This document shows, in pieces, positions 7,072 to 10,169 of a DNA stretch of 10,169 nucleotides. Source of the DNA: an uncultured Thermoplasmata archaeon (GTDB lineage: Archaea; Thermoplasmatota; Thermoplasmata; Halarchaeoplasmatales; Halarchaeoplasmataceae); contig CAYNQI010000032.1 in the NCBI GenBank assembly GCA_964399335.1, positions 1 through 10,169 on the forward strand, written 5' to 3'. The notes under the pieces were generated by a model. That model searched no databases and was not told the origin of the DNA. It was given only the letters and a program-made list of their open reading frames with translations. Within the stretch, counting starts at the first letter, position 1, and every line of letters starts with the position of its first letter. A program made the translations under genes and the position numbers.

Positions 7072-7713
7072 ATGGCAGATTTACCATATACAGAAAAAGT
7101 AATCGAATACTTCAAAAATCCTAAAAATGTTGGAAAGATAGAAGATGCAGACGGTAAGGCAAAAGAGGGGAGCCCAGCTTGCGGGGATATGGTTTCAGTC
7201 TACATAAAGGTAGATGATGAAACTAAAGAGATCACGGATATAAAGTTTGAGTCCTATGGCTGCGCTTCGAACATAGCAACCGGCTCGATAATCACGGAGA
7301 TGGCAAAAGGTAAAACAATAGATGAGGCAAAAAATATCACGTGGAATGACGCTGCTGAAGAATTAGGCGGATTACCTAAGATGAAAACACATTGCTCCGT
7401 TTTGGCCGTTGAGGGATTACAGGCAGCGATAGCTGATTACGAGGAAAAGCACGGTCTTGTGAAGGAGCAAAAACCTACTACCGAAGAGATCGTAGAAAAA
7501 AGACTCAGACATGTGATGAATCCCATGACAGGTCTAGATGTGGTCCGGACAGACCTTATCAATGATATAAACGTAAAGGATGGAGTCATCTCACTAAAAG
7601 TTGATCTTGTCGAGGATCATCAATTCGCTAACGCCATCAAAGAAGATATCATGGAGAAGTTGGAGCATCTCTGGGATATAGATGAGATCAAAATAAAGTT
7701 CGTTGAAGATTGA
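7072..7713 (+). CDS. iscU: Fe-S cluster scaffold IscU/NifU-N fused to a C-terminal degenerate DUF59 (SufT/MIP18-like) domain
   Basis: YTEKVIEYFKNPKNVG, SPACGD, SYGCASNIA and GGLPKMKTHCSVLA give three Cys (7180, 7261, 7393) plus the conserved Asp, Lys and His. The extra ~78-aa C-terminus (7477-7710) follows the DUF59 pattern (LRHVMNPMTGLDVV...INDINVKDGVISLKVDL). Confidence 0.88.
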   Translation: MADLPYTEKVIEYFKNPKNVGKIEDADGKAKEGSPACGDMVSVYIKVDDETKEITDIKFESYGCASNIATGSIITEMAKGKTIDEAKNITWNDAAEELGGLPKMKTHCSVLAVEGLQAAIADYEEKHGLVKEQKPTTEEIVEKRLRHVMNPMTGLDVVRTDLINDINVKDGVISLKVDLVEDHQFANAIKEDIMEKLEHLWDIDEIKIKFVED

Positions 7714-7728
7714 TTGGATGTGTGTGAG

Positions 7729-8538
7729 ATGAAAGTTTCTTTAGTACAAAGAAAGCATGTTTTAGGAGATAAGGAAGCGAACTTAGGTATTATCAAAGAT
7801 ACGGTTAAACAAAATGACAGTGACCTATACATATTCCCGGAACTATTTCTAACTGGTTACAGGCTAAGAGATAGATTATGGGATGAAGCTGAACACATAC
7901 CGGGTCCTTCTACGGATAAAATAGCTGAATTGGCTGAAGAAGAACAGACTTCGATCATATTTGGAATGCCGGAAAAGATAGGTAGGAGTGGGAGATTGAA
8001 AAACTCATCGGTTTTAATAAATCCAGAAGGAGATATAGAGGTATATAGAAAAACATACCTACCTAACTTTGGCCCTTTCGAAGAGATGAGATATTTTGGA
8101 CCGGATGATGAGATACCTGTCTTCGATACTCAGTTCGGTAAGTTAGGCATGGTTATATGCTACGATATTTTCTTCCCTGAACTGACCAAAGCTATGGCTT
8201 TAAAAGGAGCTGATTTTATAGTTTGTATATCTGCATCTCCATCTATAAGTAAAAAGTTCTTCGAAACTGTTTTACCAGCTAGAGCTATTGAAACTACTGC
8301 TTTCATATTCTACGCAAATCTACTAGGTAGAGAGGAAAATTTCACATTCTGGGGCGGAAACAGGTTAATATCGCCGACAGGTTTGGAAGTAGCAAAGGGA
8401 CCGATCTACGAGGAAGACGTATTGACGGTGGAAATTGACCTTGAAGATCTTGATAGAGCAAGAAAAGGAAGACCAGTGTTGAATGATACCAGAGCCGAAG
8501 TGATGTATGCTTCAGCTGACTCAATATTTATCGATTAG
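7729..8538 (+). CDS. Carbon-nitrogen hydrolase (nitrilase superfamily)
   Basis: Intact Glu-Lys-Cys triad: IFPELF, YRKTYL, ICYDIFFPE. Also KGADFI, RAIE, FWGGNRLISPTG. ATG 7729 gives the typical start MKVSLVQ. Confidence 0.9.
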   Translation: MKVSLVQRKHVLGDKEANLGIIKDTVKQNDSDLYIFPELFLTGYRLRDRLWDEAEHIPGPSTDKIAELAEEEQTSIIFGMPEKIGRSGRLKNSSVLINPEGDIEVYRKTYLPNFGPFEEMRYFGPDDEIPVFDTQFGKLGMVICYDIFFPELTKAMALKGADFIVCISASPSISKKFFETVLPARAIETTAFIFYANLLGREENFTFWGGNRLISPTGLEVAKGPIYEEDVLTVEIDLEDLDRARKGRPVLNDTRAEVMYASADSIFID

Positions 8539-8556
8539 AAATATCAAAAATCAAAT

Positions 8557-10047
8557 TTAAGGAATTCTGAAATCTATATTTAAAAATCTACGTAATCTCT
8601 GCTTTTTGTAAAGAGAAGGATTGAAAAGAACAATAGCAGTAAATATCTCCAATCTACCTATCCACATAAAAAATGCCATAAATAATCTTCCCAATAGAGG
8701 AACATTTCTAAAAGAAGCATCTGATATGATCCCTAAACCAGGACCGATATTACCCAAACTACTTGCTGAAACAGCTATTCCTGAAACTATATCTAAACCT
8801 AAACCTACCATTAGCAATACTCCAAACGAGAATATCAATAAATACGCTCCAAAAAATATTGCAACAGTCTCTAATGTTCTTTCTTCGACAACTGTGTCAC
8901 CCATACGTACAACCAATACTCTATTAGGATTAGCGAATTCTATGACTTTTCTTTTGATCAACTTAAACATTAATAGAATTCTTAAAACTTTAATACCTCC
9001 ACTTGTAGAACCAGCTGAACCTCCTATGAACATAAAAAGAAGCAAAAATAACCTTAATAATTCAGGCCATTTATCAAAGTTTTGAGTAGTATATCCTGTA
9101 GTTGTTATAATGGATACAGTCTGGAAAATTAAGTCTCTAATTAATATATTTTGTTTCGAACCTACAAGAACTAAAATACCTGCTCCTATGAAGATGATAA
9201 ACAGATAAGCCTTGAATTCTGAATCTGAAATAAGTTTTTTAATTTTACCCTTAAAAACATTATACTGTAAAGAGAAATTAACACCCGCAATTATCATAAA
9301 AATTATGAAAATCCATTGAACGGTAGAAGAAAAATATGCTATACTATTCGAGTGTGTTGAAAAACCACCAGTAGGTATTGTAGTCAAAGAATGATAAATT
9401 GCATCATATACACTAACTTTAGCCCCTAGAAGCATAATAAATAATAATAAAGTAAAAAGACAATAAATATACCAAAGACTTTTTGCAGTTTCTTTAATTT
9501 TTGGTTTTAATCTTGTAATCGAGGGCCCTGGTGCCTCTGCTTCAAGTAGACTCAATCCTCCTCGGCTTAACTTAGATAAGATTGCAACAGATAAAACGAT
9601 CACTCCCATGCCACCAAACCATTGCAGTAGTGCTCGCCATAATAAAATGCTTTTTGGATGAGATTCTAGAGGAAAAGATAAAACAGTTGCACCTGTTGTT
9701 GTTATACCAGCCATTGCTTCGAAAAATGCATTTACGGGACATGAAAAAGTAAAAGTTAATAAAAATGTTAAAGATGAAACTAAAGCCAAAATCAACCATG
9801 TAAAACTAACCAGGACTATTGCTTCATTATGATAAAAATTTTCAGATTTAGCAAAATGTTCTGCAGTATATCCTATTGTAATAGTAAAAAACGCAAGGAA
9901 TATGTAAACTAGTGCATTATATGGCAGGAAATTAAATAGTATAGGCTTCTCAACATAATAAAAGGCTGGGATAACAGGAATGAAAAAGGCTATACCAAAT
10001 AATTTTAGTATCGATCCAAGATTCCCGACAACAATTTTCCATCTCAT
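8557..10047 (-). CDS. trkH: Trk-type potassium uptake membrane protein TrkH
   Basis: Four pore-loop motifs (GITTTGATV, TIPTGGFS, IITTTGYT, SLGNIGPGLG), WRALLQWFGGMG, intramembrane loop GGSAGSTSGGIKVLR and GRLEIF. Confidence 0.95.
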   Translation of the reverse strand: MRWKIVVGNLGSILKLFGIAFFIPVIPAFYYVEKPILFNFLPYNALVYIFLAFFTITIGYTAEHFAKSENFYHNEAIVLVSFTWLILALVSSLTFLLTFTFSCPVNAFFEAMAGITTTGATVLSFPLESHPKSILLWRALLQWFGGMGVIVLSVAILSKLSRGGLSLLEAEAPGPSITRLKPKIKETAKSLWYIYCLFTLLLFIMLLGAKVSVYDAIYHSLTTIPTGGFSTHSNSIAYFSSTVQWIFIIFMIIAGVNFSLQYNVFKGKIKKLISDSEFKAYLFIIFIGAGILVLVGSKQNILIRDLIFQTVSIITTTGYTTQNFDKWPELLRLFLLLFMFIGGSAGSTSGGIKVLRILLMFKLIKRKVIEFANPNRVLVVRMGDTVVEERTLETVAIFFGAYLLIFSFGVLLMVGLGLDIVSGIAVSASSLGNIGPGLGIISDASFRNVPLLGRLFMAFFMWIGRLEIFTAIVLFNPSLYKKQRLRRFLNIDFRIP

Positions 10048-10169
10048 TTTTGATATATACTCCCGTTTTTTTGGCTTAATTAACCTATATAGCCTGATAA
10101 TATCGAGAAATAATTAATTCCCTAACTCACCACAGCAATTATTAGTAATATATCAGTTTAAACCCCTAT

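Noticed and set aside
5217-7713. Selenium-utilisation cluster or selenocysteine recoding (TusA/YedF and DsrE often accompany SelD)
   Set aside because: All carrier and ligand positions are TGT/TGC. There are no in-frame TGA read-through candidates and no selD or yedE gene in the window.
7072-7713. Salt-in halophile proteome signature
   Set aside because: The IscU fusion is only moderately acidic (hand count 44 D/E versus 27 K/R in 213 aa), and other proteins here are Lys-rich. The evidence is too weak.
5809-8524. Alternative ORFs 5809-6045, 6280-6474, 7620-7832 and 8342-8524
   Set aside because: They overlap strongly supported genes in other frames or strands and have no protein-like motifs.
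8621-9799. ORFs 8621-9085 (+, 154 aa) and 9572-9799 (-)
   Set aside because: These are antisense and off-frame shadows of trkH, expected from its codon bias.
10048-10169. Apparent absence of trkA next to trkH, and the T-run and TTAATTAA palindrome upstream
   Set aside because: The window ends 122 nt upstream, so an adjacent gene cannot be excluded. The short AT-rich elements cannot be assigned confidently as promoter, terminator or RNA structure.

Overview
AT-rich archaeal window, probably Thermoplasmatota or another euryarchaeote. This is inferred from a DUF835 domain, an archaeal-type MtaB, TATA/BRE promoters and a mix of leaderless and Shine-Dalgarno starts. Gene order: a 5'-truncated multi-helix-hairpin-helix + DUF835 protein (+), ketopantoate reductase panE (+), tRNA methylthiotransferase mtaB (-), a DinF-type MATE transporter (-), a ~98-aa orphan (-), a tightly packed five-gene + strand operon, and trkH (-). 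The operon runs tusA, DsrE2-like sulfur carrier, IscS-like protein, IscU::DUF59-like fusion, carbon-nitrogen hydrolase. The standout is the IscS-like protein. It keeps its persulfide/cluster-ligand Cys but has lost the PLP Schiff-base Lys (HK->HT) and four other PLP/substrate-site residues, so it is probably not a working cysteine desulfurase. It sits with two intact Cys-based sulfur carriers and an intact IscU scaffold fused to a Cys-less DUF59-like domain. This suggests an Fe-S assembly system fed by a persulfide relay rather than by cysteine desulfuration. That model is inference and untested. No RNA genes, mobile elements or CRISPR arrays were seen.
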